Of a DNA stretch of 64,000 nucleotides, positions 1 through 9,666 are shown piece after piece. A program made the position numbers and the translations under genes. The notes beneath the pieces were generated by a model. It had not been told where the DNA came from. It did not search any database and saw nothing but the letters and a program-made list of their open reading frames with translations. Source of the DNA: Rebecca billardiae RCC1528 (lineage: Eukaryota > Protista > Haptophyta); the NCBI GenBank assembly GCA_965240325.2, contig OZ251238.1, positions 186,001-250,000 on the forward strand, read 5' to 3'. Within the stretch, counting starts at the first letter, position 1. Each line of letters starts with the position of its first letter.

Positions 1-1
1 C

Positions 2-526
2 GCGGCCGCTCGGGACTCGGCGCAGCACGTGGCGCGCGTGGCGCGCTTTGTGCGCGCGCTTGGACCCAAGGGCTGCGACGCGTTCGCCGGGGCGGCCTCC
101 CTGCTGGACGGCGACCGGGCGGCGTGGGACTGCGGCTACCAGCCCGCGGAGCTGAGCGCACGGCTGCGCCGGCTGCTCGAGACCTCGAACGTGCCGCGGG
201 AGCAGCCGCTGTGCGACGCCGAGCAGGAGAAGCGTGCGCTGCGCGCGCTGCTCGGCAAGGAGGGCGTGGCCTTGCACGAGTTTGAGGCCTTCGCGGCGCT
301 GCTCGCTGACGCGTACGCCAACGTGCTCGGCGCCGCGCGGCGAAACCCGTTCGCGCCCGTCCCAGCGCAGCTCAGCGCGGTCTGCGCAGCCGACTCAGTG
401 CCGGGCACCCGCGGCGCGCCGCCATCATCGTCGTCGTCGTCGCCTTCCGCATGGCCCACGCGAAACCCGTCCAGGTGCACCGCGGGGCACCTTGGCATTG
501 CGGCCAATGGGTCGAGGGTGCCCTGA
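2..526 (+). CDS. 3' part (runs off window edge) of a gene paralogous to the glycosyltransferase-like pseudogene at 18376-19591
   Basis: Frame is open from base 2. Peptide DGDRAAWDCGYQPAELSARLRRLLETSNVPREQPLCDAEQEKRALRALLGKE is nearly identical to the C-terminal part of the minus-strand copy at ~18428-18581. Confidence 0.6.
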   Translation, partial: AAARDSAQHVARVARFVRALGPKGCDAFAGAASLLDGDRAAWDCGYQPAELSARLRRLLETSNVPREQPLCDAEQEKRALRALLGKEGVALHEFEAFAALLADAYANVLGAARRNPFAPVPAQLSAVCAADSVPGTRGAPPSSSSSSPSAWPTRNPSRCTAGHLGIAANGSRVP

Positions 527-982
527 AGAGAGTATGATCACAGGCCGTCTCGCCAGCACCGATGCGCATCGGTCTCAAGAAGTTTTCAACGGACTGTGTC
601 TGTGACACTGACTGTCCGAAGACGAAGAGTGGCCGCCGCGAGGCCGGGACCCGAGACCGGTGGCCCGCACGGCGGAGTGAGCGACTGCCGCCGCGCCGGC
701 ATGAAGTTGACACGCAAGTCTGGCGTGCAGTCAGAGCCGCGCAGCCAGCCGCCTGGAAATGACGGGCGTATCCATCGCCTTAGCGCGACAATCGCCTGCC
801 GCCACGTCCGCGACGTCCGCGTGCGACGCCATTGCTATCCGATTCGGTGCCTTCGCTGCGGAAGCTCAGAAAATCTACGACTCGACGCGTTCTTGCAATC
901 TTGCAATGCAGGTGAACCCGCGTTCCGGAATCCGGACTCATCACCCGTCCAGCGCTATTCGAGCCTCTGGCGGTTGCCGGCG

Positions 983-1843
983 ATGGCTGAGGACCGCGCG
1001 CCACCCACGACGGAGGGCGAGGACGACGTCGAAGCGGAGGCCGCCTCGGTGAGCGAAGCGCTCGGCGCGCAGCTGAAGGAGCTCTCCGCCCATATCGCCG
1101 CCGATCGCGCGCTCCTCGACGGGCTGAGCGAGCTTTCCGTCTCGGCTGAGGCGTCTCGCGCCGCGAGCGCGGAGCACCGCGCTGCTGCAGAGCAGTTGCT
1201 ACGAGCCGTCGACAGCGAGCTGAGTGGGCTGCGCAGTGAGCTCGCGAGTGCGCTGAGGCGCGCGTCGGATTCGGAGGCGGACACGCAGCGGCTGGCGGAC
1301 GAGCTCGCGGCCGTGCACGCCGAGGCGGCAAGCGCAGCGGCGTCACGCGGCGAGGCGGAGCAGGCGGCGGCGGCTGAGCGACATGCGGCGCAGCAAGCCG
1401 CCGCACGCGGTGACGCGGAGCGCTCACAGCTGCGGCAGGCGCTCGCAGACGCCCGGAGAGGCTTGGAGGAGGAGCGGGCGCGGGCGAGTGCCGAGGCCGC
1501 GCGGGCATCACGCGCTGAGGCAGTGGCCGATGGCGCGCGCCGTGAGGCGGCAGCGGAGCGCGCAAGGGCGGAGCAGGCTGCCCGCGCCGCCGCCGAGGCG
1601 CAGGAAGGGGCGCAGCGGCTGAAAGCGGAGGCGAAGAGCGCAAAGAAGGCGCTCGTCGAGATCACGCGCGACGCCAAGCTCGCGCGCGACGAGTGCGAGC
1701 GCGTGCGTCGGCGCAACAGCCAGCTGGAGCAGGAGGTGGGCGCAATCCGCGCGCTGCTCGCAGACCTCGAGGGTGGCACCGGCTCCTTCGACGAGGTGAT
1801 TGACCACCTTAACGACATGGAGCGTATCGCCGTGAAGATGTGA
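983..1843 (+). CDS. Coiled-coil protein of unknown function
   Basis: ATG at 983 (MAEDRAPP...). The A/E/R/L-rich heptad pattern runs to TGA at 1843 with typical GC3-rich codon usage. The upstream part of the 596 ORF does not look coding. Confidence 0.7.
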   Translation: MAEDRAPPTTEGEDDVEAEAASVSEALGAQLKELSAHIAADRALLDGLSELSVSAEASRAASAEHRAAAEQLLRAVDSELSGLRSELASALRRASDSEADTQRLADELAAVHAEAASAAASRGEAEQAAAAERHAAQQAAARGDAERSQLRQALADARRGLEEERARASAEAARASRAEAVADGARREAAAERARAEQAARAAAEAQEGAQRLKAEAKSAKKALVEITRDAKLARDECERVRRRNSQLEQEVGAIRALLADLEGGTGSFDEVIDHLNDMERIAVKM

Positions 1844-2334
1844 CTGGGCTGGCCGGCTGCCGCGCATCCATCGCGACCCCGTCAGGCTGCGAGAGGCCGT
1901 GTGGCACTCACCTCCACATGTCGCCACAGCGGCGGGGCCCGCGGCGGGTTCTTAATGCGGTTCGGGCCGTTCGGCCGGTGGCTCGCGGTCCGCCGTCGGA
2001 CCCGCCGTCACCGCGCCGCACAGACGCAGAGTCGTCACAGTGGCTATCTACCGATCATGTGCGTCGCGGCAGGCTCCATCAGACTCGCGTCACTCCGGTA
2101 CTCGTGGCAGATATCGGACCGCTGGCGGGTCTGTCAGCATATTATTCATCACGAGACTACACGACCGATCCACCGCGTAGTACCGTATGGCGCGTAATTT
2201 GGCCGAGCTAATCGTCGTCACGGTATAGTGCAGCGGCGCAGTACGCGGGTAGGCGGCAGGCGCCGGCAGCGCGGTAGCAGTAAGTAGGCAGCTAGTACTC
2301 GGCTGTACTCGCTGCGCGGTCTCGCACTCGCCGG

Positions 2335-2375
2335 GGTGTACCCTGTGATTTTTGCAGGAATCTGTAGTGTCACGG
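2335..2375 (+). repeat. Left terminal inverted repeat of the PrimPol element
   Basis: Imperfect inverted match to 7667-7707. Confidence 0.85.
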
Positions 2376-2595
2376 CACCCTCCCCCCCTGCCCCTAGGGG
2401 GCCCATAGGGGCGACCCCCCAGATACCCAGGCTGAGCGGCTTTCTACCCCTCTGTAGGGACATGTCCCGGAAGTCACCGGCTGCCCATAGTGTGCACGAC
2501 ACTGTTTGATTATTCCTCTGTATAGTCAGCGACGGTCCGCGCGCGCGCCGCCGCGCCGCGGCGCCGCCTAAGCTGCCGCTGGCGGCGGCCGCCCG

Positions 2596-2858
2596 CCGCG
2601 CCGCGCCAAGACCCCCCCCCCACCCGACCGCCCGACCCGACCCGACTGCCCGACTGCCAGTGCCACGCCGCGCCAAGACCCCCTCCCCACCCGACCGCCC
2701 GACCCGACCCGACCGCCCGACTGCCACGCCAGTCCGGGGCTAGTCCGGGCCAGTCCGGGCCATGGCCGCCGCGCCGCCGCCGCGCCAAGGACCCCCCCCC
2801 CCACCCGACCGCCCGACCCGACCCGACTGCCCGACTGCCAGTGCCACGCCGCGCCAAG

Positions 2859-2899
<41 letters not shown>

Positions 2900-3147
2900 A
2901 CCCGACCGCCCGACCCGACCAGTCCGGGCCATGGCCGCCGCGCCGCCGCCGCGCCAACCAAGACCCCCCCCCCCACCCGACCGCCCGACCCGACCCGACT
3001 GCCCGACTGCCAGTGCCACGCCGCGCCAAGACCCCCCCCCCCACCCGACCGCCCGACCCGACCCGACCGCCCGACTGCCACGCCAGTCCGGGGCTAGTCC
3101 GGGCCAGTCCGGGCCATGGCCGCCGCGCCGCCGCCGCGCCAAGACCC
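2596..3147 (+). repeat. Left subterminal tandem array, part 1 (alternating ~65-bp and ~110-bp units with CCGACCCGACCCGAC cores and variable poly-C)
   Basis: Repeated CCACCCGACCGCCCGACCCGACCCGAC(T/C)GCCCGACTGCCA...GCGCCAAGA(C)n and AGTCCGGGGCTAGTCCGGGCCAGTCCGGGCCATGGCC. Confidence 0.9.
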
Positions 3148-4572
3148 CACCTTGAATGACCCCAGTGGGCGGAAATGGCCATATCTCCCGGAGATTGCGT
3201 TTACTGACGTACGTCAGTAAAGTTTCGTCGGGATTTTCAGCAATTTCATTGGAGGAGGGTGCCTCACTCTATTGTCCAAACTTGCATTTTCGGGATGTGA
3301 AGCTGTAAGTGTTTCGCCTTGCGGAGTAGCGCAGCCGCCAATCCGTCCAATGGGAAGCCAGCTCGGGCTTCGCTCAATGAAAAATGATCACATCGGCTCC
3401 CGCGAGCCCCGATAGGAAATAGAGCTCGCTCCGTTCCACTTCGTCGGTATCTCGCCGTCTCGTGGTGGGCGAGGGGCGGAGCTGAGTGGTTGGGTCTGCG
3501 GCGCGGACTGCGATGCTGGGCTGCTGACGTTCTCCGCGCGGGATATCTGAGGGGCACGCGAGCTGTATGTAGGGCACGCCTTGCAAACAATCTCCCCGCT
3601 GTACGTGCAGGTCATGCTAGCGTCCTCCGCGCCAAAAAAACCTGCTTGTTCTTGCGCGAGGCCCGAGTCCGCGGCACTCGGTCGCTGCTCGCCGCAAGCT
3701 GGCACGCGTCAGCGTCTACACATTCACGATTCGGTGGTCATCGTGCGCCTGAGGACGGGGGCGATCTACTGAGTGCGCTGCTAGATGAGCAGGGCCGCGT
3801 AAGGTTAGATCACCCTGCTCCTCACGCCTTGCGCGCACCTTGGGTTGCTTCCGTCACGCTTGAGGCGCTTCACGTCGCACGGGTCGGCGTAAGCTGTGTG
3901 TGTGATGCAAGCAGACGTCTTCCAAGCCTGGCTTGTACCCGATGGGAGAGCATACTTCTATCGCCTTCAGCCACCACCTTCTCCGGCGTTCGACGCCCAC
4001 ACTACATGCGACCACAGCCATACGCAGCTCGTCGGGACTCGTCTCCGTTAGCTTATCGATGTGCAAACGCCAAGGCCTGTGACACGCAGGGAAGACTGAT
4101 TCGCCATGGCATTTGTGCACTGCGTGAAGTATTGACACCAGCGCACGTTCGCCAGGTAGATTTGCGGGAGCAGAGCGTGCTTTTCTGCAAGGATTCGCAC
4201 ACGTATCACAGAAGTTCAGCAGTCGCGGGCTCGGACTGAAGATCTCTGCACCGTCGCTTGGCCGTGAGTGACAGGAACAGGCGAGGAGCTCCCACGGTGC
4301 TGGCGCACAACATGCCGTGACAGCGGGGGGCACACACATGGCGCGTGCGCTGACACAACCGCGCGGACGACCGGGCTAGGCGCCACTGATCGGCCGCCCT
4401 CGGGCAAGGCACCGGCGGACTTCGCGGCCGGAACGCCATCGGGACAGCCGTCCCTCGTTTCGGCCGCCAGATAGTCTTTCGCCTTCTTCAAAACTCTAAA
4501 CATTGACTGGCCAAGTAACTCTGAGATTCGCAATCGTGCGGCCAAAAACGGGGCTGGGGGGCAGTCAAGGTG
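3148..4572. mobile_element. Non-autonomous CAC-terminal (CMC/CACTA- or Chapaev-like) TIR element nested in a poly-C tract of the array
   Basis: Left end CACCTTGAATGACCCCAG; right end reverse complement CACCTTGACTGCCCCCCAG. The array unit AAGACCC|...|CCCCCCCCCCCACCCGAC is rebuilt on removal. TSD probably CCC (ambiguous in the homopolymer). Lower GC; no recognisable transposase ORF. Confidence 0.75.
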
Positions 4573-5200
4573 CCCCCCCCCCCACCCGACCGCGCCCGAC
4601 CCGACCCGACTGCCCGACTGCCAGTGCCACGCCGCGCCAAGACCCCCCCCTCCCACCCGACCGCCCGACCCGACCCGACTGCCCGACTGCCACGCCAGTC
4701 CGGGGCTAGTCCGGGCCAGTCCGGGCCATGGCCGCCGCGCCGCCCGGCCGCGCCAAGACCCCCCCCCCCCCGACCCGACCGCCCGACCCGACCCGACTGC
4801 CCGACTGCCAGTGCCACGCCGCGCCAAGACCCCCCCCCCCCCCACCCGACCGCCCGACCCGACCCGACCGCCCGACTGCCACGCCAGTCCGGGGCTAGTC
4901 CGGGCCAGTCCGGGCCATGGCCGCCGCGCCGCCGCCGCGCCAAGACCCCGCGGCCCCCCCCCACGGCCCACCCGACCGCCCGACCCGACCCGACTGCCCG
5001 ACTGCCAGTGCCGCGCCGCGCCAAGACCCCCCCCCCCACCCGACCGCCCGACCCGACCCGACTGCCCGACTGCCATGCCAGTCCGGGGCTGCCACGCCAG
5101 TCCGGGGCTAGTCCGGACCAGTCCGGGCCATGGCCGCCGCGCCGCGCCGCGCCAAGACCCCCCCCCCCACCCGGTCGCCCGACCCGACCCGACTGCCCGA
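4573..5200 (+). repeat. Left subterminal tandem array, part 2
   Basis: Same units as 2596-3147. Confidence 0.9.
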
Positions 5201-5239
5201 CTCGGGGCCACGCCCCGGCCGCCCGGCCGGGGCACAACG

Positions 5240-5670
5240 CGCGCGCGCCGCGCTGGGTGGACAAATGGGGGCGTGGCGCGCGCGCGCGCGCCGTCGCGCG
5301 GCCGACGACCTCGGTCGCCAGCGCGCTCGCCGCGCGACCGCGGCGCGCGTGGCCGGGTGCGCACGCCGCGGGCGGCGCAGCGCGAGGACGGACGGGTCGC
5401 CGCGCCGCGCAGCGCGCGCGCCGCGCCGGGTGGACAAATGGGGGCGTGGCGCGCGCGCGCGCGCCGTGCGGCCGACGACCTCGGTCGCCAGCGCGCTCGC
5501 CGCGCGACCGCGGCGCGCGTGGCCGGACGCGCACGCTGCGGGCGGCGCCGAGCGCGAGGAGACGGGTCGATGCGCCGCGCACGAGCGGCCCGCCCGGCTG
5601 AGCCAACCGTGACTGCCCGCCGCGCCGTGCGCGCGCCTTGTCCGGGTGGACAAATGGGGGCGTGGGGGCG
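5240..5670 (+). repeat. Second internal repeat family (~170-210 bp period, GGGTGGACAAATGGGGGCGTGG core x3)
   Basis: Core at ~5255, ~5428 and ~5644. The first two cores are followed by the identical GCGGCCGACGACCTCGGTCGCCAGCGCGCTCGCCGCGCGACCGCGGCGCGCGTGGCCGG. Confidence 0.8.
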
Positions 5671-5927
5671 CCGGCGCCGCATCATCGTGGGCACGTAGGC
5701 GTTCGACCGCTCAGCCGCGCAGCTTCTTCCAACCAACTCCGATATGTATAATTCTGAATATATAATAATGCTGACGTCGTCTGCCCGTCCGCACTGACCA
5801 CTGTGTGCTGAGGATGCATTCTGACCGATACGCGACTGTTGCAGTTATTGATTGCCGCGTCGTCGTCCTAACTCTAAACTCAGACTAACATTAACAAGTG
5901 GCGCGGCCGAGCAGCTAGCTGCAGCAG

Positions 5928-7351
5928 CTAAGTTCCGTCGAAGGCGTCGGAGCAGGGCGCCGCAAACGTCTGGCCAGGGGCGGGCAGCGCCGCGGCGGTG
6001 CCGCAGCCGGCCTCACGGGCGGGCTGCTGCGCGGGGCCGCAGCACCCGCGCGCGCACGCGCCGCTGGGCAGATGGCGGTACGGTAGCCCCCGGAGGCGAA
6101 CGGCGCGCGCGCCGCGCCGGCCGCCAGCAGCGGCGACGCACACGGGATCACCGCAGCACAGGTCCATGCCGTCGGCGTTGGCGACGTAGTAGACGGTCCT
6201 GCTCGCATGCTCGCCGCGCTTGCGCTCGCACCACCTGCTCGTGGTCGAGCACGTCGCGATGCGGCCGTGCGGCGTGCTCCCTGCGTACACCCGCTGGACG
6301 CGCGGCCAGTGCCCGGTGGCGCCTGCGCCGGCCGCGTGCGCGTCGAGCTGCGCGTTGAGCCACGCGACGAGCGCGCCGCGCCCCGCGGCGCGCGCGCAGA
6401 GCGGCGCCTGCGGGTGGGGCGGCGGGCACGGCGGCGCACGCCGCGCCGCCGCCGGCGCGCCGGGGCGGGCGCTGCCCGCCGCGGCGCTCGCGGCGAACTC
6501 GAAGCGCTCGGTGCGCAGCCGCGTCAGCGCGAGCCAACGCGCCGGCTCGCAGCGCTGCCGCAGGGCGTGCCCGGCCGGCAGCGCCGAGAGCCAGGCGCAG
6601 CGCACGACGCCCGAGCCGTCGGCAGCGACGACGGCGGCGGGCAGGTAGGGCGGGCCGCCGTCCGCCTTGGCCGTGAACGGCAAGCGCAAGCCGGAGCGGT
6701 AGATCGACCCATCGACCTCGGCCTTGGCAAAGAGGGCGCGCACAGGGCTCGCCTGCAGCCGCACGTCCAGCTCCCGCGCGACGCGCTGCGCCTCCGAGGA
6801 GCTCAGGACCGCACTGTCGCCCCAGGTGGCGTGCAGGCCCGCGCGGAACAGGCCGGCGTCGTCCGCGGCGACCCCGGGGCGCGAGGGCGTCGCCGCGCGC
6901 GCCGAGACGTGCACGGCGTGGCCGCGCGCGGGACGGGGCACGCCGTGGAACGCAGCGTCTGCCGCGTCGTAGAGGTCGACGAGCAGCGCGGCGAGGGCGT
7001 CGTACGAGGGCATGCGGGAGAAGCGCAGATCCACGTCGACGCCGAACCGCGCGCGCGCGCCGAACGTCTCGACGACCATGGGCGCGCGCGCGCCAAGCAG
7101 CGCGTACGACGACGCGACGAGCGCGTCCAGCCGCGGCAGAGAGGCGCTCGGCACGTGCAGCCGACCGCCCACCCTGTGGCCGTCGGCGTCGCGGAGGAAC
7201 ACAATCTCGTGGGTGCACGGCTCGTCGCCGCCGGCGCGCGCGCGATTTGCCCCGGCCGGTGGTAGCACGGGCGGCCGGGCGTGGCAGTCCGAGGCAGTCG
7301 GGTGGTCGGGTCGGGTCGGGGGGGGGTCTTGGCGCGGCGCCCGGCGGCCAT
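5928..7351 (-). CDS. Intronless archaeo-eukaryotic primase (AEP) of the NCLDV/herpesvirus-PrimPol clade with C-terminal UL52-type zinc finger; ATG (7351) is one base out of frame across a C9 run
   Basis: N-terminal TH...GGRLHVP...VVE; motif I RFGVDVD; motif II GLHATW; motif III VDGSIYRSGLRLPFTAK...PYLP; zinc finger SRWCERKRGEHASRTVYY...CCGDPVC (cf. PrimPol RWCENIGRAHKSNN...CHDPVC). Continuous ORF 5928-7268. Confidence 0.85.
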
Positions 7352-7490
7352 GGCCCGGGCTGGTCCGGACTAGCCCCGGACCGGCGTGGCAGTCGGGCGG
7401 TCGGGTCGGGTCGGGCGGTCGGGTGGGGGGGGGGGGTCTTGGCGCGGCGTGGCACTGGCAGTCGGGTAGTCGGGTCGGGTCGGGCGGTCA
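7278..7490 (-). repeat. Right subterminal array: inverted copy of the left array units
   Basis: GTCGGGTCGGGTCGGG(G)nTCTTGGCGCGGCG and CCATGGCCCGG...GGACTAGCCCCGGAC are reverse complements of the left units. Confidence 0.9.
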
Positions 7491-7604
7491 GGTGGCCCGC
7501 CAAGCACAGCGGCCGTGGTCGGGTGCCGCCCGCCAGCACGGCGGCCGTGGTCGGGTGGGCCCGACTGCACCGCTCAACAGCTAGGGATGACGAGGAATCG
7601 GGCG

Positions 7605-7626
7605 TGTCACGTCGGCCAATCAGAGC
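7605..7626 (-). promoter_or_regulatory. Putative promoter motifs upstream of the primase gene (CCAAT box plus ACGT/CRE-like core)
   Basis: TGTCACGTCGGCCAATCAGAG lies between the right TIR and the primase ATG. Confidence 0.35.
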
Positions 7627-7666
7627 GCGCGCGCGTGCGCGCCCACTTACAGCTTCCCGCACTCTT

Positions 7667-7707
7667 CCTGGAAACTCCAGATTCCTGCAAAAATGGCAGG
7701 ATAGACC
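7667..7707 (-). repeat. Right terminal inverted repeat of the PrimPol element
   Basis: Imperfect inverted match to 2335-2375. Confidence 0.85.
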
Positions 7708-7749
7708 CTCGCCGGCATCAGTCAGCGCATCAAGTATATCGACATCAGT

Positions 7750-8318
7750 GGCTCCGGCTTCGGTCCACCCCCCCCCGTCCGGTCACTGGAGCCGACGGTA
7801 CGGTTTAGGTTACGACATCTTGAGACTTGATAGTGACACTGCAATCGTCCCGGCGGGACGATCGCCGCCTCTGATGCCATCTACCGGATCAGCTCCTATC
7901 TCAGACCACGACCCCAGGCTGCGGTCCCTTGGACGGCATTACGCCTTTACGAATTACGGCCAGATGGATCATCAGCCACACTGCCACACCTCCAATATAG
8001 GTTCAGACTACGACTCTATTTTCTATAAGTAAATACCCAATCCGGGTGCCATTTTCGCATATGTATTCAGGTGTCCGGAACACTCTCGGACTGTGCTGAA
8101 ATATGAGTAAGGGACGGGTCGTAATTACATGGTAAAAATAGAGTCTGAACCTATTGGGAGGTCGGTCGGATGACTCGGATGCGACATTTATATTCTCGTT
8201 GAAGTCTGATCAATCGGGGGTCGGAAGGAACTCTGCCGCATAGTCCGCTTGGTTGACTTCGGCTCGGGGCCAAGACGGAACGGTCACGGAGCTGGGGGGG
8301 TGGACCGGAGCTGGAGCC
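7750..8318. mobile_element. MITE-like element (~570 bp)
   Basis: GGCTCCGGCTTCGGTCCACCCCCCC vs reverse complement of right end GGCTCCAGCTCCGGTCCACCCCCCC. Internal inverted pair ATAGGTTCAGACT (~7997) / AGTCTGAACCTAT (~8142). AT-richer; TSD not clear. Confidence 0.6.
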
Positions 8319-9336
8319 CGCAGTCTCAGGGCTCTCACTCTGACACGCTCACTGACTCACTCTCAGCAGAAATGCAGCAGATCCGAGATCATCGATACTA
8401 CTGCTTAGTATTCCTATCGTCTGATCACGTGCGGACGCGAATGCAGCCACTTCATTAAATAATAATAATGTCATTATGCGGCGGATAAGTGCGCCAGCCG
8501 TACTAGCGCGCGCGCTATGGCCCAATTGACGACTACGATGATCATGATGGGCTGCACAGCTGACTCAGGGTCCGACCTGGGTGACCCACATGCCCACAGT
8601 ACAGGGGGGTCCAGATGGTGGCGCCCACTTTGGTCGGTGGCTGGCCATATTGGTAGTGCGGCGTGCACACCGTCCGGCCTCTGGATGGGCATTGAGCGGT
8701 GGCAAGGTCGCTATATCGCGTGACGTGGTCCGAGAGAAGGTTGTTGCCAGCCCTGATCACCTTGCTAGCCATGTCGGCCGATGCTCGCCCCGCTGTTGAC
8801 AGGCGCGCACACGCCAAACGTATTTGCACGGCAGGCGTCTGTCGGCAGCCGTGTCGGACGGCGGTCGCACGACTTACCGCGCAGCCAACCTTGCTCGTCA
8901 GATCCACGGCTTATAGGGTCAGATGGACCATCGCCAGGCATGCACCGTCGCAATGCATGCCCCAGAGGCCCAGAGGGCAGTATGGCCGTCAGAACGGTGA
9001 TCCTGGCCGCTACCTGCCCATCCTTCCCATGCTGACGCAACCCCACCGGCGCGCCGGTCGTACGGGGGCGTGGACGTGGACGTGAGAGTGGTCGAAAAGT
9101 CGGAAGGAAAGCTGTCACTCACGCACACGCGCTCGTACGGCGACGCCGACCGGCGAGTGCAACGCCCCCCTATCCCAGACGTTGCACTCCCGCCTTGGAT
9201 CGCGATGGGACGGGTACAGTATTCACGCCCGCCATGGCTTCAAGCCACGGCGGGCATGAAATACTGTAGGCTTCCCATTCCGAATTACTGGGAAGCTTCA
9301 TCTTGGATCCCCCACGGTAATAGTGGAGCTGACACG

Positions 9337-9666
9337 ATGGCGGACGATGACGGCCATCATCGGGCGGCCGAGCATGGACCGAGTGTGCCCGCAATGGTGA
9401 TGATCGAGAGGGAGATTCTCGCGATGGTTCGGCGGCGAGGCCTGTCTAAGAGCTGCTGACCATCCGAAATCGCGCGCAAGTGCTATCCAGCGGACGTTTG
9501 GCGGACGAAGATGGCTGATGTCCGAGCGGTCGCAAAGCAGCTCGCGCTTGAACGCAAGATAGACATCTTGCAGCGTGGTGTCCCTGTGGCATGCTTGGAG
9601 CACATCCGTGGGCCTATTCGTCTGCGATTGGCGCACACGCCTGGCACTGGTGATGATGCGGCTTAG
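9337..9666 (+). CDS. DUF3253-family small protein with in-frame TGA (9457-9459) at the conserved Cys: candidate selenoprotein
   Basis: Read-through gives MADDD...IEREILAMVRRRGLSKSC*PSEIARKCYPADVWRTKMADVRAVAKQLALERKIDILQRGVPVACLEHIRGPIRLRL...-TAG. This matches the DUF3253 pattern (IL.LL..RG..KTICPSE.AR...WR.LM..VR..A..L...G.I.I.Q.G..V.....RGPIRLRL) on both sides of the TGA. Confidence 0.8.

Larger units (their letters stand above)
2335..7707. mobile_element. TIR DNA element carrying an AEP primase-polymerase gene; GG termini, 8-bp TSD, no transposase seen
   Basis: Left TIR GGTGTACCCTGTGATTTTTGCAGGAATCTG vs reverse complement of right end GGTCTATCCTGCCATTTTTGCAGGAATCTG (26/30, extendable to ~41 bp). 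Exact flanking direct repeat CTCGCCGG at 2327-2334 and 7708-7715. Confidence 0.85.

Noticed and set aside
2596-5200. CRISPR-like array or Pro/Arg-rich CDSs
   Set aside because: No unique spacers and no cas genes. The ORFs in all frames are translations of a stop-poor repeat.
8480-9070. Possible AlkB-like or retroelement remnant
   Set aside because: Only a vague MG..AD...LG resemblance; no consistent motif set
9070-9336. N-terminal extension of the DUF3253 ORF from GTG 9070
   Set aside because: No recognisable homology; ATG 9337 gives a family-typical length
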